A stretch of DNA of 64,000 nt from Candidatus Nomurabacteria bacterium (GCA_023898605.1 CP060230.1:321304-385303); one strand, 5' to 3'; numbered from the stretch's first letter, positions 9,267 to 19,819 are shown. A program made the numbers and translations. Notes: generated by a model from the letters alone, not told the origin.

Positions 9267-10055
9267 TTATCTAAAGAAGATCGAAGATATTGTCTGGAAG
9301 TCTACCTGGAAAATCAGAACCACTAGTGTTGCAAATACCAAGAATGGGCCAAACGGTACTTCTGTCTTCATGCCAACTCTAGATCTTGAAAATCCCATCA
9401 TCAGGATAGAAACTATAGCTCCAAACCAAAACGATATAAGTAACGCCGAGAAACCTGAAGAAAGCCCCAAGAAAAATCCCATACCGAGCATATACTTCAC
9501 ATCTCCAAACCCCATAAGCCTACCTTTTGAAAGTAGCCAAAGAAGAGCAAACGGTGCGGCAAGAATAGGTCCAGCTAGAATGTTATCCAATATGTCGAAT
9601 CTTTGTGTGAGAAATATTCCGATAAACGAAAGCATGATGAACGAGTAAACCATTTCGTTTGGAATAATCTTGTGCTTCAAGTCATAAAGAGCTATACAGA
9701 TAAGAATAGACACTATCGTTAGATAATAAGAAAGCGCTATAAATAAGTAAAAAGGATCAAACAAGAATCTTCCTGCGATAGAAAGATATACTCCCATAAA
9801 AGTAAGTCCTGTTAGAACTTCTACTAGAAAATACTGTGGTGAAAGATCTGTTTTACAAGTTCTACACTTCCCACCTTGTGCGCAGAAAGAAAATATAGGT
9901 ATAAGTTCATACCAAGACAAAGTTTTGCCACAACTCATACAACAAGATCTACCGCTTCTTCCTCTTCCTGTATTCCATCTTATAACGACTACATTTAGAT
10001 AACTCCCTATAATAGCTCCAAAGATAAATATGATTATGGCTATTAGTGAATTCAT
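9267..10055 (-). CDS. pilD: Prepilin peptidase (A24 family)
   Basis: Tetra-Cys CMSCGK...CRTCK zinc motif, GFGDVKYM catalytic Asp region and multiple TM helices. Confidence 0.85.
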   Translation of the reverse strand: MNSLIAIIIFIFGAIIGSYLNVVVIRWNTGRGRSGRSCCMSCGKTLSWYELIPIFSFCAQGGKCRTCKTDLSPQYFLVEVLTGLTFMGVYLSIAGRFLFDPFYLFIALSYYLTIVSILICIALYDLKHKIIPNEMVYSFIMLSFIGIFLTQRFDILDNILAGPILAAPFALLWLLSKGRLMGFGDVKYMLGMGFFLGLSSGFSALLISFWFGAIVSILMMGFSRSRVGMKTEVPFGPFLVFATLVVLIFQVDFQTISSIFFR

Positions 10056-10056
10056 G

Positions 10057-10563
10057 CTATTTTAGTATTTTATCGTAACATTTGTTACCACTATCTCCAG
10101 CTTGGCAAGCCGCTGTATCAGCTCCCAGTATAGAATAACTGTTGGCGTTACCACATCTATCGATTATGTTGTCACCAGTAGCTGCTATACCAGTAGCAGT
10201 AGAAGTAAAGTCTCCATCTGTTGTTAGAACGGTATTGTCTTGTTCAAGAGAAACTCCAACATGATAGTAACCACAAGCATTTGTTATACCAGAAACTGTA
10301 TTTAATCCTGTATAGTGTATCTCTCCTGGCTGACTTGATATAAAGTTTGGGATAAGTTGATCCATTGTTTTTGGATAATATCCATTTTGAGAGTAGAAGA
10401 TTGCTAGTGCTTTTTCTACCTCTTCCATTTCGCTAACTCTTTTAGCATCACGCCCTCTTGCTCTTGCTGTACTAAGAACAGCCAAAACAATAGACGCAAG
10501 TAATCCTATTATTGCTATAACAACCAGAAGCTCTATTAAAGTAAATCCTTTTTGTTTTTTCAT
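10057..10563 (-). CDS. Type IV pilin (major pilin candidate)
   Basis: N-terminal MKKQKGFTLIELLVVIAIIGLLASIVLA. Confidence 0.8.
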   Translation of the reverse strand: MKKQKGFTLIELLVVIAIIGLLASIVLAVLSTARARGRDAKRVSEMEEVEKALAIFYSQNGYYPKTMDQLIPNFISSQPGEIHYTGLNTVSGITNACGYYHVGVSLEQDNTVLTTDGDFTSTATGIAATGDNIIDRCGNANSYSILGADTAACQAGDSGNKCYDKILK

Positions 10564-10617
10564 AAAAATGAATTAATATTTATTTATATAAATCTAATTA
10601 TACTACAAGTAGTAAAA

Positions 10618-11070
10618 CTATTCACAAGAAGCAACGTTTGATGTAACGCCAGCTATTCCACTTTGCGCAGCTGTACCCTCGCTATCTATACACCAAGTGT
10701 CTCCGTTGTCAGATTTTAGGGGCACAGATATAGCCCAGCTATCAGCGTATGTTCCAGGTCCAGAAGACACGCAGTCAGCGTCTTCTCCTCCGTTTTTCTG
10801 AACAGAGTCTTTTATGGCCTTGTTTATTACTGAGTCAGCAAATATACCAGCATCGCAATCAGAAGATTCGACTTTTGCACCAAAGTGTCCGTAGTCAGAA
10901 AAGTATATGTTGGTTTGAGCCCTCATGTGATTTAGGTTTCCCTTGATAGCAGTGTCAGATGCTTTATCTCTAGCACCATTTAGTGCTGCAATAACAACAC
11001 TAGCCAAAACACCGATTATAGCGATAACTACAAGTAGTTCGACTAAGGTAAAACCTTTGTTTTCTTTCAT
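10618..11070 (-). CDS. Type IV pilin paralog
   Basis: Internal start MKENKGFTLVELLVVIAIIGVLASVV chosen instead of the longer ORF-track start. Confidence 0.7.
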   Translation of the reverse strand: MKENKGFTLVELLVVIAIIGVLASVVIAALNGARDKASDTAIKGNLNHMRAQTNIYFSDYGHFGAKVESSDCDAGIFADSVINKAIKDSVQKNGGEDADCVSSGPGTYADSWAISVPLKSDNGDTWCIDSEGTAAQSGIAGVTSNVASCE

Positions 11071-11156
11071 ATCAATATTAATTCTACAACAAGTCAAAAA
11101 ATAACAAAAGCCACTTTTGAACAAAGTGGCTTTTGTATAAATCAGACTGAGTCTAA

Positions 11157-11576
11157 CTAGTTAGTACAGTCGATATTTGTATCTGAAGTTCCAGATACTG
11201 TAGAACCTGCAGTTGTTGCAGTTCCTGTGTAGTCTACACAGTAGAATGTTCCAGCCTTAAGCTCTATTTCAGCAACCCACTCATCATCGTCAGAAGCACA
11301 AACTGCAGTGTTTCCTGTTGCGTTTCCAGCAGCAGTTATAGCAGCAGCTATAGTTGAGTCTCCTGTACATGCAGAAGCGTAGCTGTTTGAGTTGTTGTCA
11401 TAGTAAAGCTCAAATTGAGGTCTTGCGTTGTTAAGGTTTGATTTTGCAGCAGCATCTGCTCCTTTGTTTCTCGCTGAGTTTAGTGAAGCAAGAACAACTG
11501 AAGCTAGGATACCGATGATTGCAATAACAACCAAGAGTTCTATCAAAGTGAAACCTTTTTCAAAAGTTTTTTTCAT
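11157..11576 (-). CDS. Type IV pilin paralog
   Basis: N-terminal MKKTFEKGFTLIELLVVIAIIGILASVVLA. Confidence 0.8.
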   Translation of the reverse strand: MKKTFEKGFTLIELLVVIAIIGILASVVLASLNSARNKGADAAAKSNLNNARPQFELYYDNNSNSYASACTGDSTIAAAITAAGNATGNTAVCASDDDEWVAEIELKAGTFYCVDYTGTATTAGSTVSGTSDTNIDCTN

Positions 11577-11707
11577 AATAAATTTTATATTACTAGTTTT
11601 ACTTATTAAGGCACTTGATTAACGGCAAGCACCAACCGCTTCTTATAATAACCTTATTCTAGCATAGACGCTTGAAAAATAAGGCAAATCTTCATTGTGG
11701 AAAACTT

Positions 11708-12910
11708 TTAGGCTATTCCACTCGCAATATTATAGATAGGAACAAGTACTGATGTCAAAAGTACACCAACAGCAAGCCCCAAGAAAACAATCATTATAGG
11801 CTCAATCAATCCAACGATAGTATCGACTGCGTCGTCTACCTCTCTTCTGTAGAATCTAGACATTGTTTTTAGTATCTGTCCTATTGAACCAGTTTCTTCA
11901 CCGACTTGAACCATTTGCACCATTATCTCTGGTATAAACTCTTCTCCTTCTAGAGATTTGGACAAGCTATTTCCACCTTTTACTTCTACAACTGCGTTTT
12001 TCATGATTGCTTCATACACTTTGTTCCCTACAACTTCAGCTGTAACTTCTAGAGAACGAACGATTGGGATACCAGAAGAAAGCATTGTTTCTAGGTTGTC
12101 AGATATACGCGCTAGGTATAGTTTTCTAAACAGTCCGCCAAGTATCGGGAATTGTAGTTTTACGTTATCTAGATATTTCTTTCCAGCTTGTGTCCTAGTA
12201 AGCCTAAAGAGCCACAGTCCACCTATGATCACAATAAATAGTACGAAGATTCCGTAGTTTACAAAGAAGTCCGATATACCAATAACTGCTTTTGTATAAA
12301 GTGGTATATCTTGTCCGGACTCTTTTATGATTTCAGAAAGTTTAGGTATAACTGCTGTAAACATCAAAACCATAACGACGATAAATGTGAAAATAACAAA
12401 CGCAGGATATATAAGAGCGTTTCTTGTTTTTGTAGTCAGCGCGTATTGTCTTTCTAGATAGTCAGCTAGGAACAAAAACGTATCAGAAAGTTTTCCAGAC
12501 TCTTCACCCGCTCTAACCATGTTTACATAAAAGTTTGAGAATATACGTGGATGCTTTTCTAGTGCACCAGAAATCTGATAACCAGCCTGAAGGTCATCTA
12601 CTATTTTGTTTAGAGTATTTCTGAGAAGTGTGTTTTTTGCGGTACCTGAAAGAAGAGAGAACGCCTTGAGTGCAGAAACTTGTGCTTCGAAAAGTGTTGC
12701 GATTTGTCTAGAAACGATAACGATATCTTTTAGCGGAACATGCTCGTATATAGAAAGTTCTAGTACATTTTTTTCTTCTTCACTTTTTATACCGGAAACA
12801 ATAAGACCTCTTTTCTGAAGAGCTTGTATAGCAAGATCTTTGTTGATTGCCTCAACTATACCCTCTTTTGTCTTCCCTGTTTGATCTATTGCTTTATATT
12901 TGAAATTCAT
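11708..12910 (-). CDS. pilC: Type IV pilus assembly platform protein PilC (GspF family)
   Basis: 400 aa with two GspF repeats and three TM segments, following pilT and pilB. Confidence 0.8.
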   Translation of the reverse strand: MNFKYKAIDQTGKTKEGIVEAINKDLAIQALQKRGLIVSGIKSEEEKNVLELSIYEHVPLKDIVIVSRQIATLFEAQVSALKAFSLLSGTAKNTLLRNTLNKIVDDLQAGYQISGALEKHPRIFSNFYVNMVRAGEESGKLSDTFLFLADYLERQYALTTKTRNALIYPAFVIFTFIVVMVLMFTAVIPKLSEIIKESGQDIPLYTKAVIGISDFFVNYGIFVLFIVIIGGLWLFRLTRTQAGKKYLDNVKLQFPILGGLFRKLYLARISDNLETMLSSGIPIVRSLEVTAEVVGNKVYEAIMKNAVVEVKGGNSLSKSLEGEEFIPEIMVQMVQVGEETGSIGQILKTMSRFYRREVDDAVDTIVGLIEPIMIVFLGLAVGVLLTSVLVPIYNIASGIA

Positions 12911-12914
12911 ATTT

Positions 12915-13976
12915 TTATACTAGTTGGTCAAATGCTTTTGGATTTGTAGAGTAAAGTCTAGCATTTTCCATTGTTATTTCTCCCCTTCTAACCAAATCTA
13001 GAAGAGATCTGTTCATATCAACCATGCCTTGCTCATATCCTGTTTCGATCAAAACATCTATCTCATGAGTTCTTTTTTCTCTTATTAGGTTTGATACGGC
13101 GTTTGTATTTATAAGAAATTCGTATGCCGGAACTCTACCGCCAGTTATTTTTGGAACGAGTCTTTGAGAAAAGATTCCTAGAAGAGACGATGCTAGTTGT
13201 GTTCTTATCTGATCTTGTTGACCAGCTGGGAATGAGTCTATGATTCTGTCTATTGTTTGAGAGGCATTGTTTGTGTGGAGAGTCGATAGAACAAGGTGAC
13301 CAGTTTCCGCCGCCGTTACAGCTGCTGCCATAGTTTCGTGTGTTCTCATCTCACCAATCATAAGAACATTTACGTCCTGTCTAAACGCACCCTTGAGTGC
13401 TGATTCAAAATCGTGTGTATCTATACCAACCTCTCTTTGGTCGATGATAGATCTTTTTGATTCGAACATATATTCTACTGGATCTTCGATTGTAACTATA
13501 TGCTCTGCTCTTTCGTTGTTTATAAGGTTAACCATAGAGGCAAGAGTTGTAGATTTACCTTGACCAACAGGACCCACTACAAGGAAGAATCCCTGTTTTT
13601 TTCTAGCGTAGTCTTCTATTATCTTTGGAAGTTGAAGCTCTTCTATAGTTTTTACCTTTGGTATAAGTCTAAGAGCAATGCTTATAGCACCCTTCTGAAA
13701 AAATGCATTACCTCTAAGTCTTGCTTCTCCACTTCTAAAGCTATAAGAAAAGTCCATTTCTTGTTTTTCTAGAAACTCTTCTACTCTTTCTTTTATCAAA
13801 AGAGAAGAAAGGAATCCCATCATGTCTTCATCTGTCAGTTCTTTCTCTGCTACAAGTTGTATCAATTCTCCAGAAACTCTGATAGATGGAAAACGCTTTG
13901 CAGAAAGATGCAGGTCTGATCCGTTTTCAGCTATGAGTGTTTCTATTAGACTTTCGAGTTTTTTGCTGTAATCCAT
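12915..13976 (-). CDS. pilT: Twitching-motility / retraction ATPase PilT
   Basis: 353 aa with Walker A GPVGQGKSTT and Asp and His boxes. Lacks the long N-terminal domain of PilB. Confidence 0.8.
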   Translation of the reverse strand: MDYSKKLESLIETLIAENGSDLHLSAKRFPSIRVSGELIQLVAEKELTDEDMMGFLSSLLIKERVEEFLEKQEMDFSYSFRSGEARLRGNAFFQKGAISIALRLIPKVKTIEELQLPKIIEDYARKKQGFFLVVGPVGQGKSTTLASMVNLINNERAEHIVTIEDPVEYMFESKRSIIDQREVGIDTHDFESALKGAFRQDVNVLMIGEMRTHETMAAAVTAAETGHLVLSTLHTNNASQTIDRIIDSFPAGQQDQIRTQLASSLLGIFSQRLVPKITGGRVPAYEFLINTNAVSNLIREKRTHEIDVLIETGYEQGMVDMNRSLLDLVRRGEITMENARLYSTNPKAFDQLV

Positions 13977-14030
13977 AAAATGATTATATCATGTGTTGTT
14001 TTTAAAAATATACCCGCGCTATTCCACAAA

Positions 14031-15767
14031 CTAATTTGTAGCAAAGTTATAAGTTTCTTTATAAGGAATTTTTCCTTCTGCACTTTTTATAAGTGCGTCC
14101 TCATACATCGTAAGCATGCCTTTTGATCTAGCTAACTTATATATTTCTGGCTCTACTGGATTAGACAATATAAGTTTCTCCATTTCTTTATCAACTTCAT
14201 ACATTTCGAAAACTGCCATTCTACCCTTGATACCACTAGGACAATCTGGAGTAGGAACTGCGTCATAAAGACTTCCTCCTAATGGAATTTTATCTTTGTG
14301 TTCTTTTGGAAGATCTTCGAACTGTTTGTCGATCATTAGCTTCATACTTTCATCTATATCTATCTTTTTTGCCCCGCCGTCACATATAGTTCTAGCTAGT
14401 CTCTGTGCGATTGATAAAACGAGTGTTGGAGCAATAAGGTACGGGTCAATTCCCATGTCTACAAGTCTAGGCACAACACCTATTGCGGAGTTGGTGTGGA
14501 GAGTCGATAGCACAAGGTGACCTGTTAGCGCTGCTTGTATTGCAAGTTGTGCAGTTTCTTTGTCACGAATCTCACCGACAAATATGATGTCCGGGTCTTG
14601 TCTCAAGATAGAACGAAGTCCAGATGCAAAAGTGTATCCGATCTCTGGCATAACTTGTGATTGACTAACTCCGTCGATTCTATACTCGACTGGATCTTCT
14701 AGCGACACAACGTTGCTTTCTTCTCTGTTTAGTTCTTTCAGCATAGAGTAAAGAGTTGTAGATTTACCAGAACCAGTTGGACCAGTTATAAGGATAAGTC
14801 CGTATGGTCTTGAAAGTGCTTCTTTGACCATTTTGTAATTTCTCTCTGAAAGCCCAAGTTCACTGAGTGGCTTCACACCCTTCTCCGAGTCTAGTATTCT
14901 CATCACAACTTTTTCTCCGTTTTGTGTCGGGAATGTCGATACACGGAAATCAATCTTTCTACCTTCTATCTTTGTAGAGAAACTTCCGTCCTGAGGTTTT
15001 CTTTTCTCATCTAGTCTCAATTTAGAAAGTATCTTTATTCTAGCTACAACTCCAGAAGAAGTTGTAGGAGGAAGAGTAATAGAAGTATGGAGTATTCCAT
15101 CTATTCTAAATCTTACGTTTACTTTTTCTCCTGTGTTTTCTATGTGTATGTCAGAAGCGTTTCCTTCGACTGCGTACTTTATGATAACTGCTACGATTTT
15201 TATGATTGGAGCTTCTTCAACTATCTTTTCTTCCTCTTCTTTTGAAAGTTGTTTTTTACCTTTTTCTATTATGACGTCGTCTACGTTGGCTTCTTTTATC
15301 TCTGAGTCTAGTTCAGAAAGTGCAGTATCAACCTCACCAGACAGACCCTTGTATATATCAAATATCTTTTCGTATTCAGAATATGTTATGACAAAAAGCC
15401 TAAACGGCATGTTGACCGACGTAGATATAAACTGAAGTGCATCAGTTGCTTCTATGTTGTCTGGATTTAGTATACCTACTTCCAAAACTCCATCAGTGAC
15501 TCCTATCGGTACAAACCTATAGTGTCTAGCTGAATCCTCTGGTATATATTTTGCGATATTTGTAGAAACTTGTTTTGGGTTGATCTCTTTGTATGGTACG
15601 CCGTAAACTTCTGACTTTGCTTTGGCGACAAGCTTTTCGTCTATGCCCATTTCTACCATAGCCTTGTCTACATCACCTCCGAATTTTTCTTCAGAAATAC
15701 GAAGAACCTCCGAAACCTGTGGTTCGGTGATTATTTGTCGCCGAACTAATTCCTCTAAAAAAATCAT
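14031..15767 (-). CDS. pilB: Type IV pilus assembly ATPase PilB (GspE family)
   Basis: 578 aa with an N-terminal GSPII-like domain, Walker A GPTGSGKSTT and a tetra-Cys region. Confidence 0.85.
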   Translation of the reverse strand: MIFLEELVRRQIITEPQVSEVLRISEEKFGGDVDKAMVEMGIDEKLVAKAKSEVYGVPYKEINPKQVSTNIAKYIPEDSARHYRFVPIGVTDGVLEVGILNPDNIEATDALQFISTSVNMPFRLFVITYSEYEKIFDIYKGLSGEVDTALSELDSEIKEANVDDVIIEKGKKQLSKEEEEKIVEEAPIIKIVAVIIKYAVEGNASDIHIENTGEKVNVRFRIDGILHTSITLPPTTSSGVVARIKILSKLRLDEKRKPQDGSFSTKIEGRKIDFRVSTFPTQNGEKVVMRILDSEKGVKPLSELGLSERNYKMVKEALSRPYGLILITGPTGSGKSTTLYSMLKELNREESNVVSLEDPVEYRIDGVSQSQVMPEIGYTFASGLRSILRQDPDIIFVGEIRDKETAQLAIQAALTGHLVLSTLHTNSAIGVVPRLVDMGIDPYLIAPTLVLSIAQRLARTICDGGAKKIDIDESMKLMIDKQFEDLPKEHKDKIPLGGSLYDAVPTPDCPSGIKGRMAVFEMYEVDKEMEKLILSNPVEPEIYKLARSKGMLTMYEDALIKSAEGKIPYKETYNFATN

Positions 15768-15772
15768 AACAA

Positions 15773-16240
15773 TTATAGACCTTCCGGTATTGCTACTGGT
15801 CCAGTCGTTGATCCAGAAGAAGCTCCAGAAGAACTGCCTCCTGTTGTAGTCGGTACTGTAGTTTGTGTTTGTGTGCTAGTTTCTACTTCTGGCAATTCAG
15901 ATCCTGGCAAAACCACTGGTTCGTCATAACCAATAGGTGCAAACGGATTTGGTCTACCCTGACCTGCATCTGGAACTAAAGTTATAGTGAAATCTTGTAG
16001 TGACTGGAAAGAGTTTGAAGAAAAGATTTTGTCGTCTAGTTTTATAGATTGTAGGTTTAGAAGTGTTACAAGGAAATCCTCTCCAACTGCACCGCTATAA
16101 TCAGAAAGTAGTGTGTCTATCTCACCCGCGGTTGTAGACGAAAGACCAGAACCAGAATTTTTCTTGGAAGAACCAGTGTATGCTAGAACAGCAACGATTA
16201 GTATCAATATTACGAATAGTAGAATTATTTTCTTAGTCAT
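15773..16240 (-). CDS. Hypothetical pilus assembly protein; PilP-like position in the operon
   Basis: N-terminal TM anchor and a Ser/Thr/Gly-rich C-terminus. Located between pilO and pilB. Confidence 0.35.
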   Translation of the reverse strand: MTKKIILLFVILILIVAVLAYTGSSKKNSGSGLSSTTAGEIDTLLSDYSGAVGEDFLVTLLNLQSIKLDDKIFSSNSFQSLQDFTITLVPDAGQGRPNPFAPIGYDEPVVLPGSELPEVETSTQTQTTVPTTTGGSSSGASSGSTTGPVAIPEGL

Positions 16241-16243
16241 ATA

Positions 16244-16843
16244 TTAGTTCTTTAGCCAATAAGTTTTTATAGAAAAACTATACTTGTAACTGTCGTTTAC
16301 GACCCCCGCTTGTGTTGTTGTATAAAGTGATGAGAAAGAAACATCTGTCACGTCAACTACTCTCAAGCTACTTTCTAGGTCAGATAGGAATGCTAGGAAG
16401 TTTTCATATGATCCTTCTGTAGAGAAAGAAAGTGTCGACTCAGAATAATCTCGGTTCAGATATGCTAGTTCCGCAGGAGTGATTTTGCCGATTGGTGCAC
16501 CGTTTGCATCTGTCTCTTCTTTGTCTGGAGAAGCATAAGAAACTTCTTTTACAATCATTCCATACTGAGCTGCGATTCTCTCTATTTCTATGATAAGTCT
16601 TATACTATCTACGTTGTCTGGAAGAAGTTTTTCTACTCGATCTAGGTCACTATCGTTGAAGTTGCTGTATTTTTCTGCGAGTGCGTCTCTTATCTCTTGC
16701 AATTCTCTTGCATTTTGGAGTGCTTCATCATATGCCAAAGCTTCGACTTTCATAGTCTTGATTTCTTCGTACATAGGTCTAGTGAACCCGACAAAGGCTA
16801 GCACTGATCCGACTATAAGTAATATTGGTAAAATAAATCTCAT
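16244..16843 (-). CDS. pilO: PilO-like pilus assembly protein
   Basis: Single N-terminal TM, a coiled-coil and a C-terminal domain. Operon position after pilN. Confidence 0.5.
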   Translation of the reverse strand: MRFILPILLIVGSVLAFVGFTRPMYEEIKTMKVEALAYDEALQNARELQEIRDALAEKYSNFNDSDLDRVEKLLPDNVDSIRLIIEIERIAAQYGMIVKEVSYASPDKEETDANGAPIGKITPAELAYLNRDYSESTLSFSTEGSYENFLAFLSDLESSLRVVDVTDVSFSSLYTTTQAGVVNDSYKYSFSIKTYWLKN

Positions 16844-16845
16844 AA

Positions 16846-17517
16846 TTATTGAACTTCAAAGTTAGTTAAGTCTTCTGTTGATCCACTCTCTACTGTTTCT
16901 GTCATAACATCTCCCCCGTCAAGATTTCTTTCGTAAAGCAAGAACTTCGGATCAACTGTAAAGTCGAGGTCGAAAGTAACGCCACCTTTTGAATCAAGAG
17001 TTGGGTTGTAGAAAATCGGGTCAATAAATGCTCTTTCTTCTTTGAGTGCATCGGACTGAAGTGCAATAGAAGTGTAGCTTTTTGCTTTACCTTTGAGTGT
17101 TACAAGTATTGTTCCTGCGTTTCTTTCTGGTACAGAAAACTTGAAGTCAGTAAACTGAACTGATTGTAGAGTAAGTGCTGAAAGAGTTTCCATGATAGGA
17201 CTTACTGTTATGTGGTTTGCCAGAACTTCACCCGCAGCAGATAGTCTCCTGTCTAGGTCTTGTATCTCTTCGATAAATCCTGGTTCGAAAGATTCTTGTG
17301 CTCTTTTCAAACTGTCAGCTTTGCTTGCGATAGAAGAAGCTACTGAACCCTTGTAGAAATATGTACCAACTGCAAGAAGTATAGAAGCAAAAAATATAAT
17401 AGTAGAAATAACATTCAAAACAGGGACCGGCTTCTCGCGAGTCTTCTTACTACTAGGAGTAGTCAGTGGTTGTTTTGGTATGAATGATGTTTGATAATCT
17501 CTCTCTAGTGGAGGCAT
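16846..17517 (-). CDS. pilN: PilN-like pilus assembly protein
   Basis: Single TM helix ISTIIFFASILLAVGTYFY after a short cytoplasmic N-terminus. Follows pilM. Confidence 0.5.
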   Translation of the reverse strand: MPPLERDYQTSFIPKQPLTTPSSKKTREKPVPVLNVISTIIFFASILLAVGTYFYKGSVASSIASKADSLKRAQESFEPGFIEEIQDLDRRLSAAGEVLANHITVSPIMETLSALTLQSVQFTDFKFSVPERNAGTILVTLKGKAKSYTSIALQSDALKEERAFIDPIFYNPTLDSKGGVTFDLDFTVDPKFLLYERNLDGGDVMTETVESGSTEDLTNFEVQ

Positions 17518-17637
17518 ACTAAAATTGAATTGGGTTTCTTAGAAAAACCTTGATATTAAAACCCTTATATAGAAAATTATAGCATGCAAAAAGAGATATT
17601 ATGCAAAACAAATATAAGAGTTATACACAACGCCCTA

Positions 17638-18756
17638 TTATTCTAGTATTCTTAGTGCCAATCCTGTCGCTACTGCGAACTCTGGACCAGCTTCTTTTAG
17701 AACATCTTTGAGAAAAGCTGGAGATTCTACTTTGTCGAACGCTGCGCCGAGCTCTATATCGCTCTTGAAAACAGCTTTTGCGTATTGGTCTAGTCCTTTC
17801 AATAGTGAACCTGCACCAACAAATATGATTTTTGAAATTGGTCTTTGGTATTTTCTTTCGTAAGTAGTTATAACTGTGTTTACTTCTGAGAAGATATAAT
17901 CTATCGATATCTTGGCAACGTCTGAAACTTTTCTATCTTCTCCGATACCAGTTAGTCCTATATCTCTCTTGGCTTTTTCTGCAGATTCGAAGTTCATAGA
18001 AAGACTTGTAGAAATACTGTTTGTTATGTCATGTGATCCACGATTTATAACGTGGAACAATCTAACTATCCCGTACTCAACTATTGTAAGTTTGCTTTTC
18101 ATCGCACCGATATCTACAAGTAGTACAGTCGAAAGTTCATGATTGAGCGAACTCCTGATAGCAGAAAATACTTCTATCTCTAGTAGTTCTGGTGATATGT
18201 TTGCAGTTTTTGCAACGTTGCTATATTTCTCTAGAGTTTCGTTGTGTATCGCTGCAACTAATATATCTTGCTTTGCACCAGAATCTACAAACTCTGAGTC
18301 ACCTCTTTCGGCTTCTCTTTCTGGTATCTGCCAGAAGTCTAGTGCGACTTCACTTATCGAAACCGGTATGTACTTTCTCGCCTCTGTTTCTATAACAGGT
18401 CTTAATTCTTTTTCTCCGATAGTTTTCGGTAGTGACAAAACGAAAATCAAACTCGCTGAACTTGGCACAGCAAGTCCTGCGCGCTTGGTTGTGACGCCAG
18501 ATTCTCTGATCACGTCAGCAAGAGCTTTGGAAAGAGCTTCTTCTGGAAGATTTGTTAGTTTACCGACTTCGGCGCTCGCATACGGACCAAGCGAAAGAGT
18601 CCCATACGTTTCTAGCAGAGCTTTGCCTTTCTTCTTTTTGATCTGAACAACTTTGATAGAAGAAGATCCTATATCTATACCGACAGCGCTTTCTTCTTTT
18701 GGTTTCGAAAAAGCGGCTTTTCCCAAAGAAAAAATTTTATTAAGTGGATTATCCAT
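17638..18756 (-). CDS. pilM: Type IV pilus assembly protein PilM (actin-like ATPase fold)
   Basis: 372 aa with ...GIDIGSSSIKVVQI... and an FtsA/actin-like fold. Confidence 0.8.
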   Translation of the reverse strand: MDNPLNKIFSLGKAAFSKPKEESAVGIDIGSSSIKVVQIKKKKGKALLETYGTLSLGPYASAEVGKLTNLPEEALSKALADVIRESGVTTKRAGLAVPSSASLIFVLSLPKTIGEKELRPVIETEARKYIPVSISEVALDFWQIPEREAERGDSEFVDSGAKQDILVAAIHNETLEKYSNVAKTANISPELLEIEVFSAIRSSLNHELSTVLLVDIGAMKSKLTIVEYGIVRLFHVINRGSHDITNSISTSLSMNFESAEKAKRDIGLTGIGEDRKVSDVAKISIDYIFSEVNTVITTYERKYQRPISKIIFVGAGSLLKGLDQYAKAVFKSDIELGAAFDKVESPAFLKDVLKEAGPEFAVATGLALRILE

Positions 18757-18802
18757 AAAGCCTTTTGTGCTACGATTGTACCATATAAAGGAGAAAAACT
18801 AT

Positions 18803-19444
18803 ATGAAACTAGGAGGATTTTTTGGAAAAATACTTTTTACAAAACGATGCATTTCCTGCGAGAAAGAAGGCTCTTATTTCTGCAAAACCTGTATAGACAA
18901 AGTCCCGAGATCTATACCACTCGGTAGCGACACCTACCCACTCTTTGAATACAGAGACATATATATGACAAAGGCTTTGTGGCAGATGAAGTATCTCTCC
19001 CGCGACAGTATCGCCGAAACTTTCTCGGAATACATACTCGAAGAAATAGAAAACATAATTCTAGAAAAAGCGTTGTTTGAAAAAATCGGCCAAGTAACGA
19101 TAGTACCGATACCGATGTCCGAGAAAAGAAAAAAGAAGCGTGGTAAAAACCACATAAAAACTCTGGCAGACTTTGTTTCAGAAAAAAGTTCCTACCCCGT
19201 TTCGGATATTTTGATAAAACACAAAGAAACAGATCCGCAGGCGAGAATAAAAAACAGGAGCAAAAGGCTCAGAAATGTTTCTGGTTCGATGAGTTACAAA
19301 AAAGATTCTGAAAAAGATATCGTAGGAAAAACTGTCATTCTGATAGATGACATCATCACAACCGGTGCGACGATAAACGAAGCAAAAAGAGTCCTCAAAA
19401 AACTAAAACCAAAGAGTGTGATTACGATAACGATTGCGCATTAA
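18803..19444 (+). CDS. comFC: ComF family protein (ComFC, phosphoribosyltransferase domain)
   Basis: Start moved to ATG 18803, which follows an AAGGAG RBS. N-terminal CxxC...CxxC zinc finger, C-terminal PRTase motif VILIDDIITTGATINEA. Confidence 0.7.
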   Translation: MKLGGFFGKILFTKRCISCEKEGSYFCKTCIDKVPRSIPLGSDTYPLFEYRDIYMTKALWQMKYLSRDSIAETFSEYILEEIENIILEKALFEKIGQVTIVPIPMSEKRKKKRGKNHIKTLADFVSEKSSYPVSDILIKHKETDPQARIKNRSKRLRNVSGSMSYKKDSEKDIVGKTVILIDDIITTGATINEAKRVLKKLKPKSVITITIAH

Positions 19445-19478
19445 AAAAGAGGGGTCTCATGACCCCTCCGGACTTTTG
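19445..19478 (+). terminator. Rho-independent terminator after comFC
   Basis: GAGGGGTCTCATGACCCCTC hairpin followed by a T-run. Confidence 0.55.
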
Positions 19479-19732
19479 TCGTTTGTTTGTTATTTTCCCA
19501 TACGGCTCACTTAGGGAGGATTAATAAACCTTTACGATTGATAAAAAGGACACCCTCCGGCCTATGCATATTGGCAGTATATATACCACCCAAAGAACAA
19601 AAGTCTTTTTCAATATAACAGAACTTTATTCGAGGAACAATTTGTGCTAAAGTCTCAAGTATTCGAGAGAATATGGAGACCTGCCTACCGGCAGGCAGGC
19701 GTGGCTCAGCCACGTTCAATAAAATAAACATT

Positions 19733-19819
19733 GGAGACGTGGCTGAGTGGTCGAAAGCGCCTCACTGCTAACGAGGTGTCCCGTCAAAAGGACCGTGGGT
19801 TCGAATCCCACCGTCTCCG
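19733..19819 (+). tRNA. tRNA-Ser (anticodon GCT), long variable arm
   Basis: Acceptor GGAGACG/CGTCTCC, anticodon loop CTGCTAA, variable arm TGTCCCGTCAAAAGGACCGT, T-arm GGGTTCGAATCCC. Confidence 0.8.

Noticed and set aside
18143-18646. 167-aa plus-strand ORF antisense to pilM, and the similar ORF 17912-18142
   Set aside because: Embedded in conserved pilM coding sequence with a low-complexity Ser-rich translation.
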